In this document: in pieces, positions 36,471-49,939 of the stretch | Position numbering within the stretch: the first letter of the stretch is position 1 | Layout: each line of letters starts with the position of its first letter | Origin: Selaginella moellendorffii | Taxonomy: Eukaryota > Plantae > Lycopodiophyta | Reading direction: 5' to 3' | Assembly (NCBI RefSeq): GCF_000143415.4 | Contig: NW_003314313.1 | Location: forward strand, 533,228 to 597,227 | Length of the DNA: 64,000 bases | The notes under the pieces: model-generated | What the model was told of the DNA's origin: nothing | Databases searched by the model: none | The model's input: the letters and a program-made list of their open reading frames with translations, nothing else | Program-made: the position numbers and the translations under genes

Positions 36471-36828
36471 ATAGTTAAGGACTTTTAAATAACATTTCAA
36501 AACACCACCAATCTAACACAAACCTTATGGGTACTTCCCCCACCTTCCACCACTAAAGTGCCTTAACTATGTAGCTAGAGCAAGGTTCCAATGAGCCACC
36601 TAAGGTATTCAAGTAAGTAATGCCACCCACATTTAAATTGGGAATATCTACCATTCAATCTCTTATAGGAGATAGAGTTAGATTTTGAACACTTTATTAA
36701 ATCACCTCATTTTTCCATCTATATTCATTTTAACTTTATCATCACCAACCATATGGGCATAGCCTGAATTCACATTAGCTTTCTCTGGCCATACTAGTTC
36801 CCCTAGAGTCCTCCCTCTACTATTCTAC

Positions 36829-37809
36829 TGTTGTGAATATGACTTTGGGTATCGAAAGTTATCTGTCGGCTAATCCTTTTGGATATTCTTTCTTTACTGC
36901 CACGACGATAGGAGGTTGGTATTGCTAGTTTCCTTTATCAACCCCTCTTGTTCAAGTGTTAGTTTACTGGGTTTAGCACATGTACTTAGCCAGATGGACA
37001 TAAGGTAGAAATTCTTATGTGTTTCTAGCTGAGTATACTCGGCTTGGCTCTTAGTTCTTTTTTGCTTTGTCTTGCACTGACTTGGCAAGAACCCTCGCGT
37101 ATTGATATTAATCCCTCAATATCGCTGGATGATAGTTTACCGTGTCTACTAAATACCCTCGCTATTATGCCCTTTGTGTTAGTCTTATTTCGGTCCTAAA
37201 TGCTATTTATGGAAGTGTCTAGATTCGTTTGGCATATCTATGCGGGGGGGGGGGGGTATAGGGGGTTCTAAATGTATAATAGGGATAGTGGGTAGGTCAG
37301 GCATGGCCGACCAACCTGAGGTATAGTTTAGTTCCCACTTGTGTGCATGTCCTTGTGTATGTCCGGCTTAGGTCTAAGCCCAAGTTCCATACCATGCTAG
37401 TTGGTGGAGTACCCGTATCCTTGCGTTAGACCACCAGTATACTAAAATAGTGCTAAACTCCGTTTGGCTCTATTTTGCATGCTGGTCCTAGCATTGGGAT
37501 GTTAGATGCTCTAGGATTGTTCCAAGTCGCTCCGTGCTCCTGTCCCTTCATTCCTTGGGCTATATGCTCGGGAGTTGCTTTATGGTCCGGTTTGATCACT
37601 CTTTGGCTCCTTGCTTGGGAGTTTGGCACCATTCCTTCGTTTAGTGGCCCAAGGCCTTGAAACTCGGGTTCCATTCCACTGTCCTCTAGACACGTGGCAT
37701 GTGGCACGTGGCATATAACACATGGCACATTGAGGGTTTAGGTTCCACTTCATGGTTATCCTATGGTAAATCACTATAGGATAAAAGGGTAAAAACCACA
37801 TACGCTACA
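36829..37809. mobile_element. Solo LTR (~980 bp)
   Basis: TG...CA termini; near-TSD TCTAC/CCTAC; host sequence resumes on either side. Confidence 0.65.
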
Positions 37810-37869
37810 CCTACAAGGACTTATCAAAACCCTCAAGGTCTAAGAGATGATCGCTTTGAGCTTTCACCC

Positions 37870-38185
37870 TTAGATTTGAACTCAATCTTGGACTTGGTCT
37901 TAGACTTTAGTTTTGGTCTCAATCTTGGTTTCAATATCAGTCTCCATCTTGGACTTAGTCTTAGATTCCATCTCAAATTTGATCTTAGAATTGGTCTTAA
38001 ACTCAATCTTGGACTCGGTCTCAAACTTGATCTTGGACTTGAATTTAGACTCAATCTTAAACACAATTTCGGACTCGGTCTCAGATTTAGTTTTGGACTC
38101 GATATTGGACTCAGTCTTAGACTCAATCTAGGACTTAATCTTGGATTTGAACTCAGGCTTAAACTCGATCCCGAATTTAGTGTCA
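37870..38185 (+). repeat. Degenerate 12-bp minisatellite (GGACTC.GTCTC/AGACTCAATCTT), related to the 9612/22149 array; also at 33800-33930
   Basis: Periodic L-x-L-x translation and a visible 6/12-bp period. Confidence 0.7.
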
Positions 38186-39159
38186 ACACTTCCACATATC
38201 ATAACACTGGCCATGTGTTAGTTTTTCTTTTGTCCCTTTCTAAAGACTCATTTATTAATCGTTTCGTGCTTGTTTCTCAAATACTTCTTTGGGAGTTCAA
38301 CTCCCACTCTTGATTACTCTAGTTGGAGCTTTTGGTCCAAATATGTTATATTTGTTAGATTTTTATTTTGGCCACTAATACCTTTGACTCCATTTTAGGA
38401 TTTAGGCATTTCAGTTTTACAAGGATTTAGGATACTATTATCTTTTCTTTTATCCTATAACAATTTAGGCATAAAGTTCCACTTATTATATGGAGAACTT
38501 TTTGAAAGGTTTCTTCCTTTGGACTTATCCACTTTGTTTAATGGCCTAAGGTCTTGAACTTTGAGTTATGTTTTATTGCTCTTAGCACACATATCAATTC
38601 TTTTATATGGTTATCCTATGGTAAAGTATAGGGTCAAAATCACCTATGCTATGAATATTGAGAATATAAATGTTGAAATAGCAAGTCATCAACAAGTGAT
38701 ACATGATTCTCAAACTTATTATGAACCCTTCAAATCTATAGCTTAACCTTTTAAGCCTCATAAACCTTGTTTAAAGAAGGTAAATTTAGCTCTATATATT
38801 ACAGATATTAAACATCAAGCACAATAACCATTAACGATATATAATCCTCATATAAAAACTCCATTATTGCAAAAAATAAAAAACTCCTCCAAAACAAAAT
38901 AAAAAGGTCAAAAAAGGGAGAGGAGTTCGAGAAAGGGTGTTAGCATTAACCACAAAATTCCTTGAGCAATGAAGAACCTTGAAATTATATATATGAAGTT
39001 TTAAAGCACACTGAACAATATGATCAATTAATTTTTTTTCTTCAATAAGGAAATAATTGCAATATAATCACCTTATAACAATATATAAGAACCATGCAAG
39101 CACACATGAAGCTTCTTGAAACCCAAACTAAGGCTAAAGATTCATTTTATATTATAGAG

Positions 39160-39321
39160 TGTAACACATTGTATTTCTCTCCTCTTAAGCCAACTGAAAA
39201 AGGGGTAATTGCTTGATGAGAGAGCCTTTAGTAGTAATTTTATCCCCATTTATCTCCCAAATTTCCAAGGATCCACAGTGACAGTATATCCAAATCTCAT
39301 CCCATGATCATATGTGCTACA
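39160..39321 (-). mobile_element. Solo LTR of the 23215 TRIM family, inverted
   Basis: Reverse complement matches the 162-bp TRIM LTR; near-TSD TAGAG/TAGAT. Confidence 0.85.
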
Positions 39322-41471
39322 TAGATTAATTCACTTTTGTTAATTGTAATATATGATTAATGTACATAATAAAATGATGCTGACCAAGTGTTCTTTTACA
39401 TCAACACATCTTTAAGACTAATATTAAAAGTATCTACATGCCAAAATTGAAGAAGTTGTTAACACTTCTTTAAGATTTATAAATCACTATTTATTGTCCT
39501 CATACCCAATGAAAGATGTTGTTGATGATTTTAACAACTTAGATGATCAATAAAATAATTAAAATATTACATTTATTAAGGAAACACTACATATTGTTTA
39601 TACATTTTTGAGTGGAGAACTTCAGAATAACATCTTGTTTGTCAAGATCAACTTGTAAAACCTTATGAAAATATAATACCTAAGATGAAATATGTTTTTA
39701 GACCAAAACACACATTTCAACTATTTCAACTTTAAATCAATTGCAAACATCATGAATGTGCTTCTCTTATATCTTCTTCAAGTGGATTAAGACATCATTA
39801 ATGAAATTGATAGCCATTTTGGCATAAAAAGAACCTTATCCATCTTTCATTGAAAAGCAATTATAGTACTGTTCAAATTGAATGGCATCATCACAAATTA
39901 TATAGTGCATGATTTATCAATACTCAAAAGAAAAATTTCATTTGATGAACCAACAACTTTTACCCAAACAATCCAAAAGATATGTAAGGAAAAGGGTATA
40001 TTCACATTGTTTAATAAATGATAGAATCAAATACTACTTTGTCATAAGATAAAAACTTTAGATAATACCCTTTTCTAACATTTTTTAACATTTGCTTATA
40101 AGATTTTGAAATCCTTTGATGACCAATGCATCATATCTCATGACATTATACTAGTCGAAGAGCATTGTCAAGGGTGGTTGGCATATATATGTCCCATATA
40201 ATTTGATGAAGTGCTCACTATAACATATTTAATTTAATCCACTTTAACATATTCAACTCTCATGAAGCAAAAGGTTCCACTAAATTGCATAAATAACTCA
40301 AATAGCTCCTAATAGAGATCATAATAATATGTCCAAATGCACGCTTGAAGATATCTAAAAGAAAGCTTCAATCTTTACAAGTGGTTGCACTCAAACCATT
40401 ACACCCAATGTTATCTTTTGGAAACGTGTGGGAAAATGAACAATAGCAATTATCATAAAGTGATATGTAATAAGAGCAATTTTATATTTATAAATTATAC
40501 TAAAAAAAATAGTTGCTTGATGTTCACAACAAGTTGATTGAAGCACTAAGCAAGCCAAGAATTCTCTTTCTCTTTCTATTGGCATGCTTACTTTTGCTAT
40601 GTCCTTGTGCTCCCAGAATTGAACCAAATGAATCATTGCCATGCCTTGTCACAATGCAAAAACTGTGTTCTCTTGAGGCTGTGTTATGTACCTGTGAAAC
40701 CATTTGGAGAACTCTTTTAAGGCAAACCATGAAGCGAACCTCATGAATGGAATCTGGAAAACCATGGCTAAATACCTGTAAGTGAGGCGTATCCAGGAGT
40801 TTCTCTTGCGTATTGACATCTTCACTCTTCTCATCCACTACATCCAACTTTGGATCATGCTGCTCATATGCTTCCAAGATGTCCAATGTGGTAGTTAACC
40901 AATAGCAACTGTGTACAATCCATGGAGCTTTTCTTGCTTTTTTTGCTAAAGCAATTAGAATCACAGTTCATGCTCCTCCAATGCCAGTGGTTTCTTGATG
41001 GTGTCGCAAGCCAGAAACTCTGCTTTAGTAGCAGGGAGGAGAGCGGCAGCCATCGTGTTTTTTAATCTCCCACTCTCTCATTTCTTAGACTTACAAGTTG
41101 GAAAATCTGAGTCGTCCAATTTATTATCGATTAACCTAGTCTGCGCTGACGGGATTGGATTTCCAATCCCATTCAAAATATCATACCTGGACAATGTGCA
41201 TTGGAAGACGTGTGATAAAAAACTTGCATGTTGACCGATCAAATGTAATGTGCTAACAGTGTCAATACTCCATGGTAATATATAGAAGAATAATTAGCAC
41301 AATCTTGCACTCATTAACTATTCTTGATATCCTCTGGTACAGTATTTCATTAAATTATTTCATGAAGAAGGTACTACAAAAGAAAGCCAAAGTCCTGCCA
41401 GAAGCAAACAAAAGAGTTATCACGAAGAAAAAAAGAGAATGGTTTTTCTTACCTCATGATGTTCTTCCACC

Positions 41472-44400
41472 TCATCGCGATTGAGTCGCGGAGCACACAA
41501 GCCCGGAAGCATCAGCGTCCACCACCGCCAAGTCACAGACGCTGCAAATCTGCCCTGCCACCTCGGGGACGAACCGAGCAGCGCAGTAGGGGCACGACAC
41601 CGATCTGCTTCCCGCGTAGATGGGCGTAAACGTCGCTCCACACACCACAAACGGGTTCCTGCCATCGTAGTTCATCCTGTTCTCGTCGCGGGGGTTCCTC
41701 TCGCACGCCTGGAGGACCTGCTTCGCCTTGGCGATGCCGGCCTGGCTTGGATTCATGTCCAGCAATCGCCTCGCCAGCTGCGCCGCCGTGTTGAAATTGT
41801 TGCAGCGATACGCGACCCCCATGGCCGACTGGAGTCCCAGCCGAATGTGAGAAGGCTGAATGTCGCAGTGAGTGAAGTAGGCCGCGAGCTCGGCCTGCCG
41901 GACCGGCTCGTCTTTGAGATCCTTGCGCTTGAGCTCCATCTTGAGCGCAAGGACGTACTCCTTGCTCTTGCCGATGAGGTCCTTGACGTCGTCAACTTCC
42001 TTGCGGCTGTCCACCACGATCACTGGAACGGTGTGGAGGATGCTCAGGAAGAGGCGGAGAGCTTCGCTAAACTTCCCCTCGGTCGTCGCCTTGTACGCCT
42101 GCTTTGCTCGATCTTCCAGCGCCGGGAGCTTGTAGATCAGTGCCGGGCCGTTTCGGACGTTGGGAGGTGACGAGTCCGACCAGTTCCTCTCGAGCCCATA
42201 CGTGAGGGACTCGACTGGCCTGAAGCCGCCCAGTGAGCTCTGGCTCGCGAGGTGGAGGTCGCAAAACACCGCCTGGAGTGGAGCGAAGTTCTTGATCCCA
42301 AGTTGGCGATTCAGGAGGCGCATTGCGCTGTCGAAGGCACCCGCAGCAACGTGGTCGCCAGCCAACGAGGATCTCTGCGTCCAGACTTGAGTGACTGGAG
42401 CTCCCGGAGTTATTCCGGCGAAGAAGCTAGACTGCGCCGAGGCTTGCGACTGCACCACTTCCGGAGGAAGTTCCAAGTCTTCCAGTTCCCATCCTCCTTC
42501 CTCCTCGCCCTCGGGTCCAGGACCAGCTCTTCCGGCCTCCTCCAGGTCTTCGGCCTCGCCAGCTCCAGCTTGAGCATCTCCGCTGGGTATGACGAGCTCG
42601 TCGCCCCAAGCATCCGGGGCGTTTTCTTCTTCTTGGTCTACCACCCCTGGCTCAGCAAAGGCGCCTTCGAAGAAGCCTTTGCTGATCAGGAGCAAAGGCC
42701 AGTTGTTGTCACGGAGGATTGGGCTCGGCGGCAGGAGCAGCTTCGACGTCTCGAGTTTCGGAATCTGTGGAAGCTTATCACCCAGCTCAGTGGCCAAACG
42801 CTCCGCCACCTCGTCGAGACCATGAACTTTAGCCGCTGCATAGGCAAGAGGAAGGTGTCCCGATTTCTCAAGTAGCTTCACTCGCTCTTCGACGTCACCC
42901 AGGTACAAGGCGTTGTGGAAGCATCCCATCACGTCGTTCCTCATCTCTGCGATCTTGAGCATCTTGGACAGCTTCTCCAAGTTACCAGTTATCAAGTAGA
43001 GGAACGACAGCCTCTCAAAGTTCTTCGTCCGCTGGTAAGCGTACTCCACAATCTCATGGTTTCCCTGTCGCAAAGCCTCCACTCCGAGCCTGTACCAGTA
43101 ATCCTTCTCGTCGATTTCCTTTGCTGACACGACTGCCACTTCGATGTTGCCGCACTCGATAGCCAGATTGAACCTCGTCCTCTCATCCTTGACAAAGTGC
43201 AAGGCCACCTCTGGAAATCCTTTCTGCTGGAGGTACGAGATGATCGCCTGTCCACAAAGTTGGGAGCTTCTGATCATCTCCAAAACTCGGTCATAACGCT
43301 TCTGAATCAATGCAAGCTTGAACGTGAACTCTGTAGTGTCTATGGTGATCGTCCTCACTTTTCCATCCCTGTCGAGACAGTAAACCTTGTCGCCGGAAAC
43401 TCGAGTGATGTAAATGGGAACGTCCAGAGTCATGATGGTGCCGCTGTCTCCATTTGGAAGGCAGTACTTGATATGATTCAACGTCGTATAGATGAACACT
43501 CCTGTTTCGTCCCATGCAGCACTCTTGATACGAATTGTCTCGTGAACACTGCACTTAAGAGCCAGCTTCTTCGTTGCCATGACGATACTATGCTTGCTCA
43601 CTAAAGCAACAGCCTCCATATCCTGTGACCACACCACGTACTTCACCTGCGGGCTGTTGATCTCTCCCAAAATCGACTTTTGCTGGATGTCAAACAAGAT
43701 CACCTTGTCATCTGAGCGACAGAGAAGAGTTCCTGTTCCCGCATAGAAGATTGCATCTACTGTTGGTGCCGGAGCGTCGACTTTCTTCGAGAGCTCGTTC
43801 CGGAGATTCCTGACTACAATCAAGTTGTGAGCCTTATCTAGAACTGCAAACCGGTTCCTGGCCACGAAAACAGCCGATGATCCACTGCCTTTCTTTGCTT
43901 CTTGAGTATCGTTCTTGCCAATGCTGTCCTTCGATATGACGTACAACTCGTAAGAACCGTTGTCAACGTCGGAGCACAAGAGCACGGCATTCTCCGCTGG
44001 ATTGTAAGACATAGTTCTCGGTGCTTGGTTCATCCCAGTAGATCCAGGCCTCCGGATGGCGATCAGGGGGTTGTCCTTCCCGGTGGCAAAATCGTAAGTC
44101 CTCAAATGTCTTTCTTTGACGTAGTACAGCACCCCTCCACTGACTGTATACGCCGGCCTCTCCCTTTCCAGCTTAAACACGATCATGCCGCTGTCATGTC
44201 CCGCTGCGAGTAGATTCATCTCAGGGTGGCCCGAAAGAATCCAGAAACGGTCGTGCTCTCTCCTGAAAGTATGCACGCCAGATCGCTTCGACATGTCCCA
44301 GATCCGAATGGTCTTGTCCTCCGAGTTCGAGACGATAATGTCCTGGCGAGCGTGGAACATGACGCAGGAGACGTTGTTTACGTGACCTCGTAAGGTGTCC

Positions 44401-45293
44401 ACCTCCCAAGCCTTCGTATCTAGAAAATGGAAAAAACAAAGAAATTTTAGAAAGCAAGAGAGATAAAAAGGAGAACAATGGGCTTACCATTCATCCTCCA
44501 CAACTTGACTTGTCGATCATCAGCTCCAGAGACAATGAGAGGCAAGCTCGGATGGAAGGAAGCCCAGTTGACACCCCTGTCATGGCCTTCAAGCACATAC
44601 TTGACAACCGCATCACCGCCACCAAACAGATCGCTGTTCATCTGAGTGAGCCTCAGAAGATCCTCGGCCGGAGAAACAGTCTTCTTGCGTAGAGCACTGA
44701 TATCCCACACACGAACAGTCTGATCCAGCGACGCCGAAACCACGAGATCCTCCTTGACGTGGAACGAGGCACACATCACGTAGTGATTGTGGCCTGTGAG
44801 CACGGAGATACACGTCCGGGACTGCCAGTTCCAGATCCTGATAGTCTGATCGTCGCTGGCGCTCACGATCCAAGGATATTCTTGATGGAACTGGACTGTC
44901 CGGATGTAATCCAAATGGCCCAGCAGCGTGAACAGGCATCTCCTCGTCTTGTAGTTCCACACCTTGATCTTGTAGTCATCACCTTAAAAAGAAGGGATCC
45001 TTTCAGCAGCGACTCAGGAAAGCAAAGAAATCGGTCGATCGAACAAAATGTCGATCGATCGGTGAGGAAAGCAAGGAAATCTTACCTCCCGAGACGAAAA
45101 GAGGCTGAGATCTGTGGAAGTGGACGCCGCGAACCGGCCCATCGTGCTCGTCGAAGCGATCTATCAGCGATCCCATCCGGTAATCCCATAGCTGGATGAC
45201 GCCGCTGTGGAGACTAGCCAAGATCCATGGCCGCCGGGGATGGAAGCTCAACCCCTTGACGCGATTGCTCTTGGTCTCGAATTTCGTCAGCAT
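41472..45293 (-). CDS. COPA: Coatomer subunit alpha (alpha-COP); exons 45086-45293, 44488-44982 and 41472-44419
   Basis: [19 protein letters not shown]..., WD40 repeats, [17 protein letters not shown], and C-terminal [18 protein letters not shown]. Confidence 0.97.
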
Positions 45294-45494
45294 CTTCGAT
45301 CTAGCGCGGCTTCGATCTGCGCACTCCCGCAGCTAGAGAACTGACCTAGGGCGCCCGAATCTCAGCTCGAGCGCGCTCCACCTAGATCCAGCGCTTCCAG
45401 GGCGCAAACCCTTGCCTCGAACTTTAGACGGCCAGAGATGGGGACAATCCAACGGCAAACAAAACTTTTACATTTGATTTCAACTATTTTACTT

Positions 45495-47599
45495 TTACCA
45501 AAGGATAGTGTCATACGCGGAGCTTAAGAGGAACTCCATGCTTAATCTCGACTTGCAAGCGCGGAGCTTGGCCATGGCATCGTTCTCCAATTGTCTTACT
45601 CGTTCTCTCGAGATTCCACAGCTAATAGATCGCAAATCGTGAAGAAAAAACTCCAAACTTTAGACGAAGAGAGCTTACCTTCTACCAATTTCGTGCCTTG
45701 AGAGTGGCGATGTCTGGTTGGGATGGAGGCCAAAGCGTTTTCTGATAACTTCGCGTTCTCGAGCATCTAGCTTTGATTCCAGAAGTCGATCCAATTCTTC
45801 CTGAGAATCATACAAAATGAGAACTATTGCTTGAAAGTAAGCGTTTTTACCTTCACAGCATCTCTTTCCGCCATCAGCCATGGCTGATTCTCCACGTTTT
45901 GATCAACGATAAACTGTGCATTGAATGTGAAGTGACCATATGATCTAAGGGAAAAAAGTTCAATTGCTACTTACGTCCTCGAGAGGATCCCCTTCTTCAA
46001 AGCAGCGTTTGTTGGCTACATGTCGATCTAAGGATGTTAGCCTGTAGTTGCTTGCCTGAAATACTATTGGTAAACACAGAAAAGACGAGACATGTCTAAA
46101 CCTGAAGGGCGATTTCGATCCTGGCCCTCGGCAGCTTAAGCACTTGCATCATAGTCTAGAACAAAATATAAAGGAACTGGAAAATTGCTTGACCGTAAAA
46201 GAGTAAACTTTACCTCGACTGACACTGGCCCGTCGTCAACTTGTCTGTTCCTCAGCTGATTGATCTTTCGGATGGCTTCACAGAGATGGAATGGATATCT
46301 CACGCATTTCCCTCGCTTGTCCAAAGATCGGATCATTGCCTGCGTGAAAAAAACCAAACCATAGTCCTCTAAGTTCTCCGAGGTATCTAAGCACCAGAAA
46401 AAGATCTACTTACTTGAAAGATCCACCAGTACGCATATGTAGAGAATTTGAAGCCTCGGCTCACGTCGAACTTCTCAAGCCCGTGGATGAGTCCAAGAGT
46501 ACCTTCCTGCTTCAGCGTAGAGCTGTTCTTACGTTTGAAATGGCAAAACTTGGACGAGGAAACGGAATCACCACCTGAATCAGATCGCCAATCTCAACTC
46601 CCATGTTCTCGTAGCGCCTTGCAATTGCGACGACGAGCCTGAGATTGGAGAGGATCATCCGCTTCCTCGCGGCACCGCCTTGGCTCAAAATCAGTGTAAC
46701 TTGCTTCACAGGCAACCCCGACGCTGTCGCCAATTGGTGCATGGAAGGCTCGTAACCAAGTTTCGAGATCAGCCTGGAAGAAAGTAAAAGTATGCTAGTG
46801 AGTGATAGAAAAAATGAAAAACAGCCAAGTCCAACCTCTCTTGTTCCTTCACCAATTCACCAGCCATACGTATTTTCTCCCACAAATCAAGCTGCTCCTC
46901 GTTCGTCATGTCATGCGGCTCAGCATTTTTAAGAAACGAATCCACGAAGCCTTTCATGGATCTCTCCGTTTTCACGCCTTTAGTCCTTCTTCGTGGAGTT
47001 GGAACACTAGCATTTTTGCTTGAGTTGTTCCCCAAGCCTTCCTCCCTGGAAGAAGTACTCGTCGTGGTCTCGCCCCTTTGCTCCTTGGCAGCAAGCCTTC
47101 GTTGCCTTGCTCCAGGCCGTCCCGATCTCACAACCTTGGGATTGCTAGATTCCTCCATCTCGCTATCACCCTCTCTCGAAGAAGACCACTCTACCTCTTG
47201 CCTGAAAGACCACCGCGCTTCTAGCAAAATCCTCTCGAGAGAAGGAAGCCTGCCCCCGGATTCTATCCACCATTGCTGTGCATTCTCATCCAAGCAAGGC
47301 TTCTCTTCCAGCACGCCCTCTGCCAGTCTCGTCGCTACCGAAATATTTCGATGCTGCTGCTCTACTCCGGCCGGCCCAATCGCGGCCTCCATTGTGCTCT
47401 TAGTCATCTTGTGGATGAGCTCGCCATCGCTGCGCTGCATTGCGCATCGGCAAGATCTCATCTCCAAGATCCCTGTCCCTGTTCCTGACGAGGAAGCGTG
47501 AGCGTCCGCCCGGCGCGTCGACCTGTGGCATCTCGATTCGCTGATCTTCGAGGGAGACGCGAGCATACCTAATTTCACGGCGGTGCTCGCCGCTGACAT
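45495..47599 (-). CDS. Plastid RNA polymerase sigma-70 factor (SIG1-like), multi-exon
   Basis: Ser-rich transit-peptide-like N-terminus; region 2 [38 protein letters not shown]; region 4 [15 protein letters not shown]...SRERVRQLE. Confidence 0.9.
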
Positions 47600-47738
47600 C
47601 GCTGTTCTTCGTCTTCCTCCCCCTAGGGGTTTTGGGGTTTGGACAAAGAATTCAAAACACCATATCTTAAAGCCAACGGTCCAGATGCTCTGTGCCAACG
47701 GCCCAGATCAAGCACATCTGAACCGTCGGACTGGAAGT

Positions 47739-49628
47739 TTAAGCTGCTTGTAGAGATTTAGGGTTCTTGAGGCTATACATGTTAGCGAGGAGGATGAATG
47801 CCGCAGAATCTCTCGGCCCCAGGCTTAGATCTAGCACGGATTTCGTGGCGCCACTGCCACGCACCAGATCCCTGTGGTTTCTCGAGGCTCCGATCAAGCA
47901 TACGTACTCCAGGACGTGTGGAACAAAGGGCATGCTCGTCACAAGCTCCTCCGCTTCCTCCAAGAATCCCGCCCGCGCTAGAAGATCGACAATGCAGCAG
48001 TAGTGCTGCCTCTGGGGCGCGATCTGGAAATCCGTGACCATGGAAGCGAAGCAGCGGCGGCCGATCGTCCTCCCGGCATAGCTGCAGCACGCCAGGATCG
48101 ACACGAAGCTCCCGGCGTCCGGAGCTTCGCTGCTCTTCATCGAATCGAAGGCTTTGATCGCGCAGGAGTGCTCGCCCATGGAAGAATACGCCGATAGCAG
48201 CGTCGACCACGAGATTGTGTCGCGCTCTGGCATCCGGAAGAAGAATCCAGTGACGCGATCGCGATGTTTCCCCTGTGCGATCGCCCCCAGCATTGCGTTC
48301 CAGGAGACAATGTTCCTCTGCGGCATTTGATAGAACAAGGGCTCCACTCTCTCCAACTGCCCGGATTGGGCATATACGCCCAGCATCGTGTTCCACGCCA
48401 CCACGTCAGGTTCCCACGTCATCATGTCCTGGAAAAGCCGCTCCGCCAGCTCAGCATAGCCGTGGAGCGAGTAAGCCGCCAGCAGGGCGTTCCACGACAC
48501 GCTGTCACGCTCCGGCATCGCGTCAAACGCTGACTTGGCCTCTTCCAGATGCCCGTTCTGGGCGTATGCTACGAGCATGGCATTCCACGTCACCATGCTC
48601 TTCTCGGGCATTTTGTTAAACATGCTCCTGGCATCTGCAAGATTCCCTTTCTGGGAGCTTCCCGACAGGAGAATATTACACGTGACCAGATTGAGAAGAG
48701 GAGACGTCCTAATAATATGCTTGGCATCTTCCAGATTCCCTTTCTGGGCATATGCCGAGGACATGGTGTTACACGACATTAGATTCCGCATTGGCATGTC
48801 TTCAAACAAGCGCCGTGCCACCTCAGTCTTGCCAGCTTGGACATATCCCGTCAGCAGCGAGTTCCACGTCACGACGTCGCGCTCCGCCATGTCATCAAAC
48901 ATCTTCTTCGCTTCTTGCAAGTACCCGTTGTGGGCATATGTCGTCAGCATTGCGTTTTGCGTCACAACGTTGTGCTCTGGAACTCTATCAAACATAAACT
49001 TTGCCTCTTCTAGATTAGATTCTTGGGCATATGCCGACAGCATGGCAGTCCACGCAAACAAATTCCTCTGCGGCATATCCTCAAACAAGCCTCTTGCGAG
49101 CAGCAAATCCCCTCTTTGAGCATATGCCGTAAGAAGCACAGTCCATGATATGACATTGCGCTCGGGCAAATAATCAAACAAGCAACGTGCCACGTGGATG
49201 TGGCCCTCTTGCGTGTACGCCGCCAGCATGGAATTCCACGTCACGATATTCCAGAGTGGCATTCGCGCGAACAGAATCTCGGCCTGCTGCAATTGCCCAT
49301 TCTGGGCATATGCTGCCAGCATGGCAGTCCACGCAAACAAGTTCTTCCCGGGCATCGCGATGAATATCCCCTCCGCATCGTCAATGTAGCCATTGTGCGC
49401 ATAGGCTGATAGCATAAACACCCACGAGAAGCTGTCCTTGCTTGGCCCAATCCTGTCAAAAATCTCTCGAGCCCTGTCAATCCTTCCAAAGTTTCCAAAC
49501 AGTTCTATGAGCTTGTTGAGAACCAACACGTCGTTGTCTCGGTAGTCGATGCGCGCTTCGATCCGAACAGCTGTGGAGAAATCTCTACACAACTCAATCA
49601 GAGAAACAAGCTTGCGGTGATCACACAT
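47739..49628 (-). CDS. PLS-class pentatricopeptide repeat protein with E domain (single exon)
   Basis: About 14 ~31-aa repeats (F..MP.RNV.SWNAML.AYAQ.G) and an E-domain HYCCIVDLLARAG.LEEAE. Confidence 0.93.
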   Translation of the reverse strand: MCDHRKLVSLIELCRDFSTAVRIEARIDYRDNDVLVLNKLIELFGNFGRIDRAREIFDRIGPSKDSFSWVFMLSAYAHNGYIDDAEGIFIAMPGKNLFAWTAMLAAYAQNGQLQQAEILFARMPLWNIVTWNSMLAAYTQEGHIHVARCLFDYLPERNVISWTVLLTAYAQRGDLLLARGLFEDMPQRNLFAWTAMLSAYAQESNLEEAKFMFDRVPEHNVVTQNAMLTTYAHNGYLQEAKKMFDDMAERDVVTWNSLLTGYVQAGKTEVARRLFEDMPMRNLMSCNTMSSAYAQKGNLEDAKHIIRTSPLLNLVTCNILLSGSSQKGNLADARSMFNKMPEKSMVTWNAMLVAYAQNGHLEEAKSAFDAMPERDSVSWNALLAAYSLHGYAELAERLFQDMMTWEPDVVAWNTMLGVYAQSGQLERVEPLFYQMPQRNIVSWNAMLGAIAQGKHRDRVTGFFFRMPERDTISWSTLLSAYSSMGEHSCAIKAFDSMKSSEAPDAGSFVSILACCSYAGRTIGRRCFASMVTDFQIAPQRQHYCCIVDLLARAGFLEEAEELVTSMPFVPHVLEYVCLIGASRNHRDLVRGSGATKSVLDLSLGPRDSAAFILLANMYSLKNPKSLQAA

Positions 49629-49939
49629 TTATAAGTCACAAATGATACACTTATTAATTAGATCTATTTTCAATTTTTGTAACTTTACAAAAGAACCAAA
49701 ACTGTCGGCAGAACATATAGAAAATGGAAAACAAAAGAATCAAAACCGTATAGAAATCATCTCTGAAAAAAGAAAAACACCAAACAAAAGCCATATGAGT
49801 GAAAGATCTATGAAAAAAATAAATAAAAGCTTACGTACCCGAACAAAGAACGCGAACTATGAGCTAGAGCTCATAGTCTCTCACACCTGGAAACTGTGGA
49901 GTATAGACTCGAAAGTGATCTTGGAGAGCTTCTTCACTG

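Noticed and set aside
37833-38313. Leu/Ser/Pro periodic ORFs
   Set aside because: Translations of the 12-bp minisatellite
39330-40970. Possible decayed hAT transposase on the minus strand (HFPTRF; ORF 40524-40964)
   Set aside because: Too degenerate to support by eye; needs TBLASTN/HMM
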